A stretch of DNA of 64,000 nt, taken from Cycas panzhihuaensis. Its lineage: Eukaryota > Plantae > Cycadophyta. The stretch spans positions 27,039,741 through 27,103,740 of the forward strand of contig CM041465.1 in NCBI GenBank assembly GCA_023213395.1. The letters run 5' to 3'. Below the pieces are notes generated by a model. The model searched no databases, was not told the DNA's origin, and saw nothing but the letters and a program-made list of their open reading frames with translations. This document shows positions 39,038-59,045 of this stretch, one piece after another (within the stretch, counting starts at the first letter, position 1; every line of letters begins with the position of its first letter). Position numbers and translations under genes: made by a program.

Positions 39038-39237
39038 AAGAAGACCTTAGGGGAGATGAGGGGTTGCCTTATTGTACCCACTAAGGATAAGGAGTTAGGA
39101 AAATAAAGGTATCAGTTGACATAGTTTAACCTTATCAGTGACCCTCTCTCAGAGGTAAGGAGAAAGAAAAAGCATAGGGTTGCCCCTAGGGGTCTCTAAT
39201 GGGTAACCTATAAAATCAACTAAGAGTCCCCTTAAAG

Positions 39238-39639
39238 CTAGAGGTGATGCTGAAGGATAAAGTTGACCACGCTATCAGTCTTAATATTTTGATTATGAGG
39301 AATGTATCAGATGCCAACTAAGGAAAAGTAAGATAACAAGGACCTAACAATAGTAGCTAAAGATCTTAACCTAGGATAAAGGGCCTAGTAGGTTTGGGTT
39401 AATTGGGATACCATGATTTGGGAATTGCAGTGTAGGATAATAGAGCCATGATGGAAATAAAGCTTGTTAGTTAAGGCCTCAATGGCGACTGTATACTCTG
39501 TTTCGTTATTTATGGCCTTGGGATGATATATTGTAGAACACATGAAATTATACCCAAAAGGATCATAGATGATCCAGGCTACCATAGAGGATCTTAGGTT
39601 ATCATGACTACCACCATTGGTATAGATGAGTAGAGCCAT
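39238..39639 (-). pseudogene. Stand-alone archaeal/plant-type RNase H (aRH) ORF of element A
   Basis: MALLIYTNGGSHDN...INNETEYTVAIEAL...LHCNSQIMVSQL..Y*...YIPHNQNIKTDSVVN: the full RNase HI motif set with 2 internal stops. Confidence 0.82.
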
Positions 39640-40369
39640 TGGGAGAAAGGCAACTAGGACCTAAAAAAGGATAAATAAAAAAAAACTCCTTTACAAAGAA
39701 AGGATGGTAGAAAAGAAGCCTAGGTGAGGGATGATGAGTTTTAGAACCACAATCAATGTAAATAGCCACTCAACAAGAGGATAGGAGAGACATATAGCTT
39801 AGTAACTAGGTTCATAGAGGGTCTGCCCTATAGAAGGGAATATGTGATGTTGAAATAAACTCATCAATTAGGCCCAAGGTTGGTATGGGACCAACAGGGG
39901 ACTTAACTATGGGATGAGATTCCACTGGGTGAAAAATAGATGAAAATAGTTATGAAAAATAAAATCAGTACATCAAAATGAGTCCAAAGAGTATAAACAT
40001 CAAAGGGGTTTTGAGTAGGTGAGATACAAGGATAAAAGGCTCCATTAAAAAGCTAGGAATTGCCATTAATACTTATAAAGGTGAGAAAAAGTAGTACCTA
40101 GGGGCCAAAGAGGGCTTGGGCCCTAAAGGAAGCAAGAGAGGGCTTGCAAACATGGTCCTGATGGCTCGATTGGAAAAGAAAATGGGCACCGAGCCTCGAG
40201 GAGCTTGCTAAATAAAAATGAGTCAAGTAAGGAAATCAAATTTATTTTTACTGTTACCTGGCTAAAAACCTTCCTGACACCTTGAATTCATCAATTTTAG
40301 ATAAGCTTATCAAGAGATTTAACCATAGGATCATTACACAAGATAAGTCATCAGGACCAAGAGGGAGCG

Positions 40370-45760
<5,391 letters not shown>

Positions 45761-46399
45761 ATGGCCAGAGGGTGAAACTCTATGATTGCATCTAGATTAC
45801 TACATTGGGACTTCAGGTATGATTTATTTTGATCAGATGAAAGCCCAGACCTCTAGGGGGTTCTATAGTATGCATTTAGATGATTGCACACCCCCACTAT
45901 AAGCCTTCTAACTTCCTAGAGCGTATTGTACCAGTACACCATTGTATTATTTTTTATAACTATATATATAGAGATAGGGACCACATTGGTCCCCCCATAT
46001 ATAGATATATAGATGTATGATATAGATTCATAGATGCTTTAATGGTACTAGATATTTTGATGGTATTATTTACTTTTATTCATGGCTTCAAACACATACT
46101 AACCATATATGATCACTTAGTTAGATTAGGTATCATCATATGATGCTTGGGTGAAAGGAACCACATGCCCCTTTAAGGCGAGGATAGTAGTTTGAGTAAG
46201 GATAGGACATATTGGATATAGATACCCTAAAAGTCCTAAAGAAGTGGTGAGTTTGTTGATGATAACTCTTTGGGATGGCAACTTACTTTTATATCTAGGT
46301 ATAGTTACCCCCATAGAGCCTGATCCAACTCATGGCTCTGGATCAGTGAAGATCTTAAACACAGGTATGGAGAAGCTTCTTTGCATGTGGATATGTCTA

Positions 46400-49300
46400 C
46401 CACTACTCATAAATTGAAGAAAGGCACCACTTGTTAATGGAGTATGATGCCTTTGAAAGGGATATAACTACCCTTTACAATAAGTGGTGGCATCACACAA
46501 GCTAAATATGCATTGTGCCCCCAGTGGGGGCATTCAATGTTGTAGTCAAATGGTAGTTTAGGCTCATTTTGGAGCAAATCATGAAAGGTAGGCCTAATGA
46601 GGCTAGGCCCATGAATAAGAAGAGCTTGGTCAAAACTAAACTGATGCATAGGACCTGACACATAATGGATCATATGGAAAGATTATATGTAGGTATGATA
46701 GGCTCTAGTCCTCAATGAGGATCTAGGGCATGAGGATAAGGTTCCCTTATGAGTGGTACATCAATGTGTATGCTTATGGGAAGCCATTCGAGCAAACTAG
46801 AAAAATAGGAGGTGCAACTGGTTCAAATCCAGTGATTTAGAAGACCTTGAAGAGTCAATGTGAGAGGGAAGGCTTGCATGGGATGCCTCCTAGGGTGTAT
46901 GGGAGATCAGAGTGACACGTCAAGGAGGGGGCTTATGGTCCTTAGAATCTAACTTGTGGTCACTCATGATGGCCAAGTAGCCATAGCTACCTATGCCAAT
47001 AGGTGTGAATCTAACTAGATTAGGTTCATGACGAGGTAGGGCTTCATCCTGGTGAGGACTAGGTCCTTAGAAGAGATTCCCTAAGGAAGGGAGAGGCTTA
47101 TTAGGATCACTGTCTCTAGCATTGAAGACTACCTGGCAAGTAGGAGGAGATGTGAGAGAAGGTGGAGACTCATAGGTGATAACCTTAACTTGTCCTTTAT
47201 GGAAAAATTTGAGTTACCCCCAACATGAGGAATAAGCTACTCCCATTTAATCAAGCTATGGTTGACCCAATAGGAGGTTGTACTTAACATCAACATTGAG
47301 TATAATAATGTCTATAAGGACAATCTTCCCCTCTAGTATGAGTGAGAGGATAACCATCCCCAAAGGAGACTTCTCGCTCCCATCATATCCTTAACATGTT
47401 TAAGGGACAAGCTCAAGAGCTTCTATGCCCAACTTCTCTATCATCTGCATGGGTATAATATTAATTGAGGAACCATTGCCTATAATGGTCCTCTTTATAG
47501 TAAAATCATGAGTATTAATGGTAATGATGAACAAATAATGCCAAAATTATTCCCGTTTGCTAGGAGATAGAAGATCTTGAGGGTTAAATGAGATGAAAGG
47601 GGGTCAACAGAAAGTGATACCTATAATGTAGATAGAAGTATCTTATTGGCTAAGAGTTTCTAAAAGAAGAGTGTATTACTCAAGACTACTTCATAAGACA
47701 TCCATCATGGACATTCCTATAGACACTATGTGTAACTCTTCAAGGATAGAGAAAGCTTTCCCCTTCCCTGTGGGTTGGGGAGGTCCCTCTTAAAATCATA
47801 TCATCTAGGATGGATGGGAATGATCTTTGAGAATATGGGAATCTTTGTTATGGGAGTATCCCTAAGGGATTATTATTAGGAATGAGAGGCTTGACCTACC
47901 ACCTTGATGGTTTGGGATCACATGACTAGGTGCATAGGGGTAGTCTCAAGCATCTAGATAACTCTCTTCACTTTGTTTCTAGGTTGAAAGGATGAGGGAT
48001 GTTAAGACTTAGGCCTTAACAAAGGGGATTGATCTCTTGGCCCCTTTCCCTTCACTTAATCAGAAGGAGGGTTGGGAGATCATCTCCTATTTCTTACCTT
48101 TCTATTCTAGGTGGGATGATCCTATTCCTCATGGTTTGAGAAAGGATCCCTATGGATAGGTTGGTCTAAATTGGGCTTGGAAGCCCTTTTAAGAGAGATG
48201 TTACAACGTGGCATAAGCTTAGGATGTTGCAACTGCCATTGTGAGCCCTCATGTAGGTACTTTATGTGCATGGAACACCATTTCTTCTTAAAAAGAGGTT
48301 TTGCCTTCCTTCTTTAAGAAGTTTGGGTGTTTCCACCCTTAGGTGGCATATTTTAAGAGGCCTAGTAGACAGGTTGATATGACTTAGAAGAAGCTTTATT
48401 TGGTTGGAGTTTTAATTCTCTGATCATAAATTTGAAGGAACATAAAACTAAAGTGAGGGAATCCAAGGTCTTATCAATTGTGCTAGTAGAAGGCCTTCAA
48501 GGTTATTGTTGGCTCTTTTAGTCACATGGGGAAGTGGCTACCTTGTGACGTTACGATTACCGAGGAGGTTTCTTGAGACCTACTTGGATCTTGATGACCC
48601 CTAGTCCAAGCATTTGGCTATGGTAGAATCACATGTTATCACCCCCCTTTTGAGGACTTCCATGTGTACCTTAGAACAAAGGGTATTGATATCTCTTCAA
48701 CTCCTTAGGGAAGGTGGCCTTAGAGGAGTGAAGGAGATCATGAAATCATCTCACAAAGTCATGATTAAGTTTATTGTGACCTTGGTTCAATGAGACGAGG
48801 GCTTTGACCCTACTTTCGAAGGGTTAAGGTACATCAAAGTAGTTAACAAACTCATTAACCAACTACTGGAAGGTAAAAATGGAATGAGCATGGAGATGGT
48901 AAAACCATTTTAGCATGTCTCCTTGTAGGGATCTTGGAAATAGTTTTATTAGGATGTGGTCAAAGGCCTAGTAATAGATACATACCATGGCAAATCCCAT
49001 GACATGCTCGGTTGGGTCCTACAAAGAAGTATTTTCAAACTTGGGTACTTTAGGAGGATGAGGCTATAGGTTGGTCCTAAGAGCATCGATAGAAAGAGGG
49101 GTTGATTGATAATAAAAAAAATGATGGACCCCTAGTTGAGTTAACAGATCAACTTAGGAAGAAGAAGGGGATGGGTAAGAGTACCCACTCCTATTGTGTG
49201 GGGAGTAAGGAGGATGCCCATAAAAAGTATATGGGTTCTCTCTTGATTGATAGGAAGGGGCTATCCCCATATAGGAATATGCCACATAAGGAGACAGGTG

Positions 49301-50400
49301 AGATGGTCTCACCCCACTACAAGGGTATACCACATGCATAACAAAAGTATATGGATATGCCCCTCGGGGAGTAGTTACATAAGGGTATGAAATAAGAAAG
49401 GGAACATACCCCACTTACGAAGGAGTCATGTACAAAGTGGTACATGAGGTGGGTGGTGCTAGGTAAGGGAAGAGGTTTTTCCCGTAAGCTCCCCCTATAG
49501 GAGGTGAAAACCCATAAGTGTGGAGTGCATCCACCCCACAAGTTAGAAGGGGGTTTGGCCCCTAATGCCCCTAAGGCTGTGATGTATAACTTGGGGGCAT
49601 GTGGAGTGTGAGCTCCTAAGGTTGGAGGTGAGGACGTATAGGAACGAGTCCTCCACGACTCGAAGCATGGGAGTGTGACGGTGCCCTAGGTGGGATTAAG
49701 GGGACATGTGTCACTATCGATTGAGATAAAGTGGTTTGTGTAGGAGGTATGCTTAACCTTATTTGAGAGATTGGCATACCTTGGGATGTTCCTTGAGTCA
49801 AGGGAGTGCTCACAGGTGGGGAATCCATGGGAATAGACCCCAATGGTGAAGAAGACAAGGATTGTGATGGTATAGGAGGAACAATGGTGGAGGCAAGAGG
49901 TGTGGTGCTTCAAAGGAAGTATTCCAACCATTTAGGAGGTATTCAGATACTTGTGGATTTGATGTATTGCCTCAACACTTCCACCACATCTCTAGGGGGG
50001 AGTCCCATCTTACTCGTATGAGGTAGAGGGTTCCTTATGTTGAGCAGAGCTTGAGGGAAGGTCTTCATGGGCTCTTTCACAAGGATGAGAGTGATCCACA
50101 TGGAAGGGTCCCCCTACATCATGCATAAGATAGGAATGGAAATCTGGATAGACTTGTGTTTACTCATCTAGATAATATATGGGATCCTTGCCTTCTCAAA
50201 TGGGGTCTTAGTGAGGATATGACACTCAAGGATGGTGCAAGTTAGAAGCATATGAGTGATATGCCTAATTCGATGGATAACCCTCCATTGGTGATCTTGG
50301 TTTAGATGTAGCAATAGAGGCAATAGAGGAATAAAAGGGTTCTTCTTCCATAGGAGGGAGGTCATGTCGGTGATGAGAGAAATGTCAAATTCATGCACTG
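46400..50400 (-). pseudogene. Element A gag-protease plus conserved C-terminal extension (no RT/INT)
   Basis: Colinear homology with B 21400-25445: Pro/Ser-rich N-terminus, PHPPKVPKF gag motif (~49050), KKWC..H....H knuckle (~48270), IIGNGSSIN protease (~47480). Confidence 0.8.
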
Positions 50401-50539
50401 CCCTAAGAACCACAAAAGTAAGAAGGTTAGTTTTATAAGAATGCATTGAGATTACCCATCATACTGCCAAGATCCTATGAGATAAATAGGGTTTAACACT
50501 AGGAAATCAAAGGAATCCTAAGATTTCCTCACTAGCGGT

Positions 50540-50557
50540 TCCCCAATATGGTCACTA
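50540..50557 (-). promoter_or_regulatory. PBS of element A (tRNA-Arg-like)
   Basis: Revcomp TAGTGACCATATTGGGGA. With B (TAGCAACCATACTGAGGA) the inferred ancestor is TGGCGACCATACTGGGGA, resembling the Ogre/Tat tRNA-Arg PBS TGGCGACTCCACTGGGGA. Confidence 0.7.
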
Positions 50558-50558
50558 A

Positions 50559-52653
50559 TGGAAGCACACCTTTAGGGGGTCTATTATAAGCTGCTACACA
50601 CCAACTAATAACATGCTTAGGTGGTGAGAGCCTAGGAGGCATGGTATAGCTTTAGTTTACCATTAAAGGGCATCTATACATCTCATGGGTGTAGGTTCAG
50701 GGACCTACAGGACATGTGTTTCCTTTTTACCCCTATAGGGCCTTGGTTCATAGTTGTTTGGTACTATGTTTGGGTCATGAAAGGCTGGGTCTTCCCGGAT
50801 AACCAAGTAGCTTAGGGAGGTTTCTCCTATCCTCGTTTCTAAGGAGGGAATAAGTTTCCTTTTGAGAAAATGGGGGTGGTGATAAATAAGAAATAAGGTA
50901 GGAGGAGGGGTTTGGTATGTTTCCTTATTACTTAGAGGGTTCCCTTTAGGGTTTAGTGGAAATATGAAGTTCCTTATTCTAATTTTATGCTTTGTTTCAA
51001 ATGTAATGTTTTGGTATACTATAGGTTGTAGTTGTGTTATCACTAAAATGAAGCAATCAACAAATATAAGTAATAATGTATGATGGAAGAAAATCCTTAC
51101 TCTCAATTCACTCTCTTTATCTTTTAGCAAAAAGATATTTAAAGTTATATGCCTAAAATAAAAGAGTCAACAATGTAGTTAGGAGTTATGTAAAGGAGGA
51201 AGAAAGATAAACATTCCTATGCACATGCAATGTTTCCTTTCACTGGTATGCTTTCTTTTAGATATGCAAGGAGAAATGCACTCTTTGAAATTAGAAATTT
51301 AACTTTGTTTGGTATGCATATGCACATGCAAATGACAAAGTAATTCTTTCCTAATATGTCCATTTTTTTAATAAAGAGAGGAAGAAGGAGAAGAGAGGTT
51401 TCAGAAGGAGTGTACCCCATTTGCGACATTTGGCAATGACTTTGGCTTTACTCATCCTTGTCCCTCTTTCACTAATATTATGAGCTCCTTTGCTACAAGA
51501 ATTATAGGAGGTAATGTGGCTTACTTACCTTCCCTAAGTCTAACTAAAATATTATATAAATAAAGAAAATAGAATAAAGGGAAGGATAAAGTGCATACAA
51601 GAAATTATAATGCTAAACCACAATTTGGCACTTACCTTGGGATGAGGCTTCATGCTCTCTTACCAACTATGGAGATGTATGCTTCCCACTTCATGCAGGA
51701 GAAACTTGTTATTTATGGCTAGAATTGGTGAGGAAGAATCCCTTGCAAATTTTAAGAGAGTAACTTTAGAGAAGCTCCTTGAGTCCTGAGGAGAAGGAGA
51801 GAGTGTTTGGTCCTTATAGGAGAAGATCTTGAGTGCCTTAGTGCTGGAATCAAGCTTCTGCTATGTGTTTTCTTAAGACTGAGATTTTCTTCTAGTTTCT
51901 ATGTGTAGAATGAGCTAAAAGACGAGTAAAAAGATAAGCATTAGATTTTTATTAAAACTCAGAATGAGAGTTTTATTATTCAAGAGGGTGCTCTTAATCA
52001 TTGTACCTTAATTTGGGCTTGCCCTGAGATGTTAGGCATGTTAGGGAGTATAATTAATGCAAATTTTGAATGTTGTTATTTGTGACTATCAATGTAATAG
52101 TTGCACCATGAAGTTATTTGTGGTACCACAAAGATGTCCATGGTGCTGACAACAATCAGAGAGATGCAAACAATAATCATCGTTGTATAGACAACAAACT
52201 TTATAGTGTAAAAGTAGGGTGCAAAAATCAATTGACAATTAACCAAAGGTTGATTAAAGGGGTACCAAATCCTATCTCAAACTTCTATAAACTAACAATA
52301 AAGCTCTAAAATGGTTGATTACATATAAAAAGGTGAGAAAATGAAGTTCATAGGCAGTAATAAGTCAAAAGTAGATGAAAAATAGAGTTGTAGTAACACT
52401 AAGAAGTTACCTTGTTGACTGGGAGACCATATTGGGGGCTCTAAATGCCATTGGATTGGAGTCCTAGTCATCATAGGTATATGGGTAATCACATGCAAGC
52501 TAAATAAATCATACATACATGCATACAATAGTCACATAAACATCACATAAAACTATAAACACAAATGATATAGTGACAAAAAGTAAAGTGAGATACATAC
52601 CTACACTTACCTATATTTTGACTTCCAAAACCATTCCCACCAGTTGGGAAACA
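50559..52653 (-). repeat. 5' LTR of element A
   Basis: tggaagc...gggaaaca, homologous to 11291-13331 and adjacent to the PBS. Confidence 0.92.
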
Positions 52654-52658
52654 ATTAT

Positions 52659-54922
52659 AAACAAAGAGTTTAGGATACTTTGGAGTAATTTGAGGTAGTT
52701 GTAGTGGAACATATCCCTATAGAAAATAATCAATTGGTTAATTTTCTTATAATTATTGCTTCCATACCAAATGCTACTCGTAACTCTTCTATCAAAAAGG
52801 TATTTGCTAAGATAGTCACTCCAGCTTACATACCTGATAATATTAATCATTAGCAAAATTTTTAAAATGATAAGTAGACTTTGGGCTTCTTATATGGAAG
52901 GGGAGATTTTATAAATATAATAATAATGAATAAATAAGTTCAAAGTATTTAGAGAAGAAAGGATTGAAGGCATGGCCTTTAATGATGATTTAGTTCAATT
53001 GAAAACAAGTAAAATTCCCAAAAGTATGATTTATTTAAAGTCACTCTTTGATTCTAATGATGTAATTAGAAATGAAGTTGAATAGGAGAAACATTCAAAG
53101 AGTATTATGTAGAAAAATATTTTAGTCAATTTGAATACTCCTAAAGTTCTTAAGATTATTTATATTAGTCTAGAATACACATATGAAGAAAAGTAAAGGT
53201 TCATTGTTCAATACAAAGATATTTTTGCCTAGGGTCATGAAGAATTAAAGATCTTCAATCTTGAAGTGATGCAACATACTATTCCTCTAAAAATAGGAGT
53301 GAATCCCTTGAGATAGAAATAAAGGGTTATTAACCCTAAGATAAAAAATCTAATTTAGAATGGGCTTTAAAATCTTAGATATATAGAGATTATATTCTCA
53401 ATTAAATTTTCAACTTAGGTAACTAACTTGGTACCTATAGAAAATAAAATGAAGACATCTAGTTGTGTGTAGATTTTAGAAATTTAAATAAAGATTCTAT
53501 TAAGGATAATTATCCATTACTAAGGATGGAGCAAATCCTATAGACTGTTACTAGTTTAGTGTTTATGTCTTTGTTAGATGAAATATTATGCTATAACTAG
53601 AATTTTATAGTACAAGAGAATAGGTACAAGACAAATTTTACTACTATCTTAGAAACCTTTGCTTATAAGAAGATGTCATTTGGATTAATGAATGGAGGTG
53701 CTACCTTTTAAAGAGATGTGGATCATGATTTTAAAGGGCTAATAGGAGTGATAGATATTATTTATCTTAATGACATGACCGTGTTTTCTAAAAATATAAT
53801 AGATCACATTAAACACTTGAGAATAATATTCCATAGATGTAGGCAGCTTGGAAAATCACTTAATCTAAAAAATAGTATTTAGAGTGACTATTAGTAAGTT
53901 GCTTATATATATTATGACCAAGGATGGGACTTACATAGATTCAAATGTAGTGAAGCCTATTAAGAAAATGCCCCTACCTCCCAACAAAAATGGAATACAA
54001 TCTTTCTTTGGAAAGATAAATTTTCCAAGGAGGTTCATTCCTAGCTTTGCAAGAATAACTCTACCTACTAATTCCCTATTCAGAAAAGAGGTGAACTTTA
54101 AGTAAAGTAGAGGTGCCAAAGTAGCATTTCGCTAAATCAAGGACTATATTAATGAAGTTCCAATATTAGTAAGTTAATATTTTGAGAAAAAAATTATCAT
54201 ACCTTCCTATGCCTTTTAAGGTACATATACTACCACGTTGATTCAAAAAGATAATGAAGGGAGAGAAAGACCAATGTCTTTTATGAATATATCACTAAAG
54301 GATTATTAATTAAAATACAATCCCATAGAAAAACTTGCTTATGATTTAGTAAAAGTAATTGAATACTTTAAGCCCTATGTCATTCACAATCATATAGTGG
54401 CTTGTGTACCTTAGTAGCTTATTAAAGTAATATTGAACCAAGTAGAGCTAATGGGTAAATGGACTAAATAGCTAGCCAATTTGGAAGTCAAGCCAATAAA
54501 TCTAGTTAAGGGAAAGGGCCTCTATAGCTTGATTTTAAAAAGCCAAATATATAAGATTTTTCATATTATAGAGGAATAATAGGAAGAAACTATGGAGATA
54601 AATGATCTACCCTTAGCCTTAGGAGTTAAAGACCATGATTTAGATCAATTTGATTATTTCTCCCAAAATATGATCCTTTATCTTAAACATGGCTTCTATC
54701 TTAAGTCCATGGATAAAAAAGATAGAAAGTCTTTAAAGTTGAGGTCTAGGACTTATATCTTGATATAAGGATAATTGTATAGGAGGGATACAATAGCATC
54801 TTACTAAAATGTTTGAAGAATTAAGAAATAATAAAAGTACTTAACGAATTTTATGAGAGCCTATATGGAGGCCATTATGATGCTAAGGATACTGGCTATA
54901 AAATTATAAGAGTAGGATATTA
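52659..54922 (+). pseudogene. Host Tat-type Gypsy element, part 2: C-terminal aRH, RT, Gypsy RNase H, start of integrase
   Basis: Resumes in frame as KQRV*DTLE*FEVVVVEHIPIENN. RT motifs LCVDFRNLNK, KDNYPL, MSFGLMNGGATF, IYLNDM. RH region IQSFFGKINF. Integrase Zn region GGHY...KIIRVGY. Cut at 54922. Confidence 0.88.
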
Positions 54923-55370
54923 TGATGAGGTTGCTCTAATATTTCTTTAAACTTAAGCAAATAAATAAGAAACTTAAGAAATGTTGCAATACTTTTATTA
55001 ACAATATAGAAGACTGATTTAGAATAAGAGCTCATAAGATCACTAAAGAGCACCAAAAGGTGTATCAACATATGACCTCTCAAGAAATGACAAGACTCAA
55101 CAACCCTCCCTTTACAACAAGTTGACCTTAAATAGGCAAGAGAGACCCCTTTTTACAAGATGCCATTGGTAGAAAAATGGCCTCAATTTCTATTGGTAGA
55201 CATAAGTGGCCCATGCACAAAAGTAGATGGCTAACACTAACCATCAAGGTCTCTTTACTATATTTGCTAGCTTAATTATTTTTCCTAATAGAGGATAGTC
55301 ATGTGATAGGTCCTCTTGTTTAAGATGTTGAATCCTTGAAGCCAAGAAGAAGATGAAGATGTTGCTTAAC
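54923..55370 (-). repeat. LTR-like segment interrupting the host integrase
   Basis: Starts with TG exactly where the host GYY(W) motif stops. Revcomp TATA-like gcctatttaagg at ~55126. Candidate end cttaaca. No partner or TSD confirmed. Confidence 0.4.
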
Positions 55371-56339
55371 AAATTCAATGAAATTCTATGTTGTTTTGTC
55401 TACTTCACAACTAATCCACTACACCAAGTACTCAGAAATGGTCTTATTTCAAAGGCACCATTAGTGACTCTCGAGAAGACAGTTAATCCAAACAATGAGA
55501 TGTTACTTTTCATATAGAAATAGTAAGGTAGATTAAGGTACTATATTCTTACTAAGGTTTTTCTTAAGGCATAAGATATAGAGTACATTATGGTTTTTTT
55601 GTGGAGAGAGAGAGAGAGCTCAAGTGCATAAGTGATTTTGCTAATTCATTGAAGAACTTTATATGGGCTATAGTAATAAGGACTTAACTTTTGGATTTAT
55701 GGTATTTGAGGCACTATTACTTTTATGGTTGAAGTTGAAGGAAAATAAAATTTCCTACATTAAATGATTAATTAGAATAATAGTGATCAATGAGTTCTTT
55801 CATGTGATTTTGGGCTACTACAAGGTTTTGTTTAAATGTATGAAGGATTTAGTCTATATCTTGGAGTTTTTGTTAGATTGCAATAATATGAAGATTAATG
55901 ACAAGAGTATGGAGATGGGGGAAGATATCCATAGAGGGCTATAAAAGGGTACATACTAATCATTAAGTAGTGGGAAGACTTGTACCAACACTCTTTAAGA
56001 GTTATCCATGAAGCCTATTTATACTAAAGTTTAGATATAAAGCATCATAAACATGTTTCTAAGGTTTTATTTAGGACTTTAGATTAGCTATTAGTTTGTA
56101 GATGGTAAGTTAAGCTCATGTTGAATAAGGTCCTAGAGGCTTAAAAGAGTTCTTACTAAAACATGTTGGCAAATTTTAGATCTTGATTATAGATTATTAT
56201 GGATGGGAAAATATGCAGATGAAAAATTCAATGAATATAAATATTAGTTAGGTAGAACACTATGTATGAAATGTGGATAAGTAAAAATATGCATAGTTTA
56301 TGAGTCTATCAATGACTATCAATATTGAATCAAACACAA

Positions 56340-58400
56340 TAAATAATTCTAAACTTATGATGAAATCCATAACAATATCTTACTATTTACCTTGAGGGAT
56401 ATATAGGGGTTGGAAGAGGCTGGGTTGAGATTTTGTATCAACCATATTCCTCTGATAAGTATCACATTTAGAGGGATATTTTATATTAGACCAATAAAAA
56501 TCAAATTAGATTTGTCTATATATTTTATCAAATCCTAAATGGCTACCATGCAGTGTAGAATGATATTTATATAAAATTCATGGGATGAAGGATGAGGTGG
56601 GTTGGACAAAAATATGATTATGGTATAAGATGTAGGAGTTATGTAAGGAACAATCTTTGTAGTTGTTAAACTTTGGCTTGAATAGATTTTCATCTACCAA
56701 GTTTACTAGCCATAATGGTTAGGGTTTAGATTTTCATCTACCAAGTTTACTAGCCATATTAATCAATCCATTTAGCTTGCTCTTCTGATAAGACAAGTTG
56801 ATCCAAAAGATGATGAAGGCTATGATGGTCTATTAAGATAGTTAACTTAGATCTTAGAAGATATTGATGCCATTTATTAGTGGAATGCAAAATAACTCTC
56901 ATCTCTTTTTGATATGTTAATAAGTAACATTCATGGTCTTTAAATTTATAACTCTCAAATTATATTGGGTAAAAATTTTTCATTAGGATGGCACCTATGC
57001 TAAATCTTGAAGCATCACATTCCAAATGGAAGGGTTGAGGAAAGTCAAGGATGGGAAAAATAGAGGTAGATATCATAATGGATTTAATATTGTTAAAGAC
57101 TTGCTCTACCTCTTTTGACCAATGAACTAAATCTTTCTATAGAAAGTTTATTAATGGAGCTACTAAGGAGACATAATTATGAATAAATTATCAATAAAAT
57201 CTCATGACTCATAGGAAAGCTCATAGTTGAGTAAGGTTTTTAGGTATAGGCCACATTGTAATAATAAAAATTTTATCTGGATCAACTTGGAATGCATTTG
57301 ATGAAATAATATACTTGGGATATTATAATTCTATTTTACCAAATTTACATTTACATAAATTAGCACATAACTAGTGTTGAGTTAGGATTCAAAGAATTGC
57401 TTCTAGATGTTGAAGATGGTCATCCAAAATTTGACTATATATAAGGATGTCATAAAAAAATGATGACAAATTTATGAAGGTAAGGGGCAAATATTTTATT
57501 CATTAGAGCTTGCAATGTTATAGGGGCATCGTAGAGGCCAATAGGCATAATTTAAAATTCAAAATTCTTGTGGTGCATTCTAAAGGTAATTTTGTGTTAG
57601 TACTTTAGGGTAACATGGATTTGATAATATCCAAATTGAAGATCCAAGTTAGAAAATATGGTTGCCCCATGTATTTCATCTAGCATGCTATTGATTTAAG
57701 GGTGGAAAATTTTATTTCTAATTATGATTTTGTTATGTTCTCAATAGTCAACATAAAGCTAAAAATATCTATCCCTCTTCCTTACTAGGATAATTGGTAT
57801 ACCATAAGAGATTTTAGTAGGATAAATGATACCCATGTTGATTATTTCATTCATTATCTTCTCAATTTTATTTTTCTAAAAATATGATTTTTTGAAAGGT
57901 TGAAGGATGATGGGGTCGTGGTGATTTCAGTTTGATAGCATGATGAAAGCCATGATTTAGAGGAATTACTAGAGAGGGGATAAACACAAACTAATATTTG
58001 TTGATAAGGTTTTGGATAAGAGGATGACTAGCTATAGAAGGTTGAATATTATTAATAGTAATGATGTAACTAATGCTGCTATTTAAATACTTGAATATTT
58101 GAATAGGAGATACAAGCCAATTAGGAGGTGAATGGATCCTATATAAATTATGCATTTGGCCCATGTGATCCTTAAATAAGATGAATGAAATAGTAGGAGA
58201 ATTATTTATGTTATAAGTGATAAGCACTTGGAGCCATTGGACCTTGGGGATGGCATTAGATCCTCCTATAGATAGGACATAAAAATTAGAGGTGAGATGT
58301 GGGAATCAATTTGAAGATAAAGTTTTTTTATTATGCCTGCATAATGTAAATATAAATATCAAAAAGAGTTTTACTATCAAGTTATTGAGAGACTTAATTT
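56340..58400 (-). pseudogene. Chromovirus-type (Reina/Tekay-like) Gypsy pol fragment: PR C-terminus, RT, RH, start of INT
   Basis: Revcomp reads FYVLSIGGSNAI..VQWL, then GYYQIH...KITFRMHHKNFEF*IMPIGL..AP.TLQALMNKIFAPYLHKFVIIF..DILIYS, and DIVMDFI. No LTRs or chromodomain are visible. Confidence 0.78.
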
Positions 58401-59045
58401 TATAATTCTTGAAACTCATCTATGTACACTTCTATCGATGTTATCTATCTTAGTCTAGTAAGTTGGCTAAAGAAAGAGTGGTTCTATGTACTATTATACT
58501 ACTTAAAGAAGCTCTTAAAGAATAGGTGTCATATTTAGTTTATTATATTCTCTTATTACCATCAATAAAACCAATCATATGCTTTGCCATCTAAATAAAA
58601 TAAGATAATTATCAAGTATTCTACTATTGACATGACATTCAAGGTAATATATGACTCCATTATACTAATCCCTATTGAGATCAAGGTTAAAAGTTGGTAT
58701 GATGATATTATGATAGGTGTATTATTATTGTGGAGTGAATAATGGTGAGGGCAAGAGTTTAGGATTGTTGGAGGTGGATGGACTTAAATATAGGACACGA
58801 GAATTAAATGGTATCATCATGAGCATTTTATTTAGTTTTTGATCAAAGGGATGCTATTTTTAAGTGGAATCCTTTACCTATTGGCCTAAACCTATTAGGT
58901 TCTTGTTCATCACCTTAATACTATGTGATATTTCTTAAAATTAGACCCCAAGTGCCTAAAAGTGATTTACTTATGTAACAACCATATATGTATAATATAA
59001 TATCATGAATAGAAGAAAGGGTTTGCAAGAAAAATAGGCAGACAA

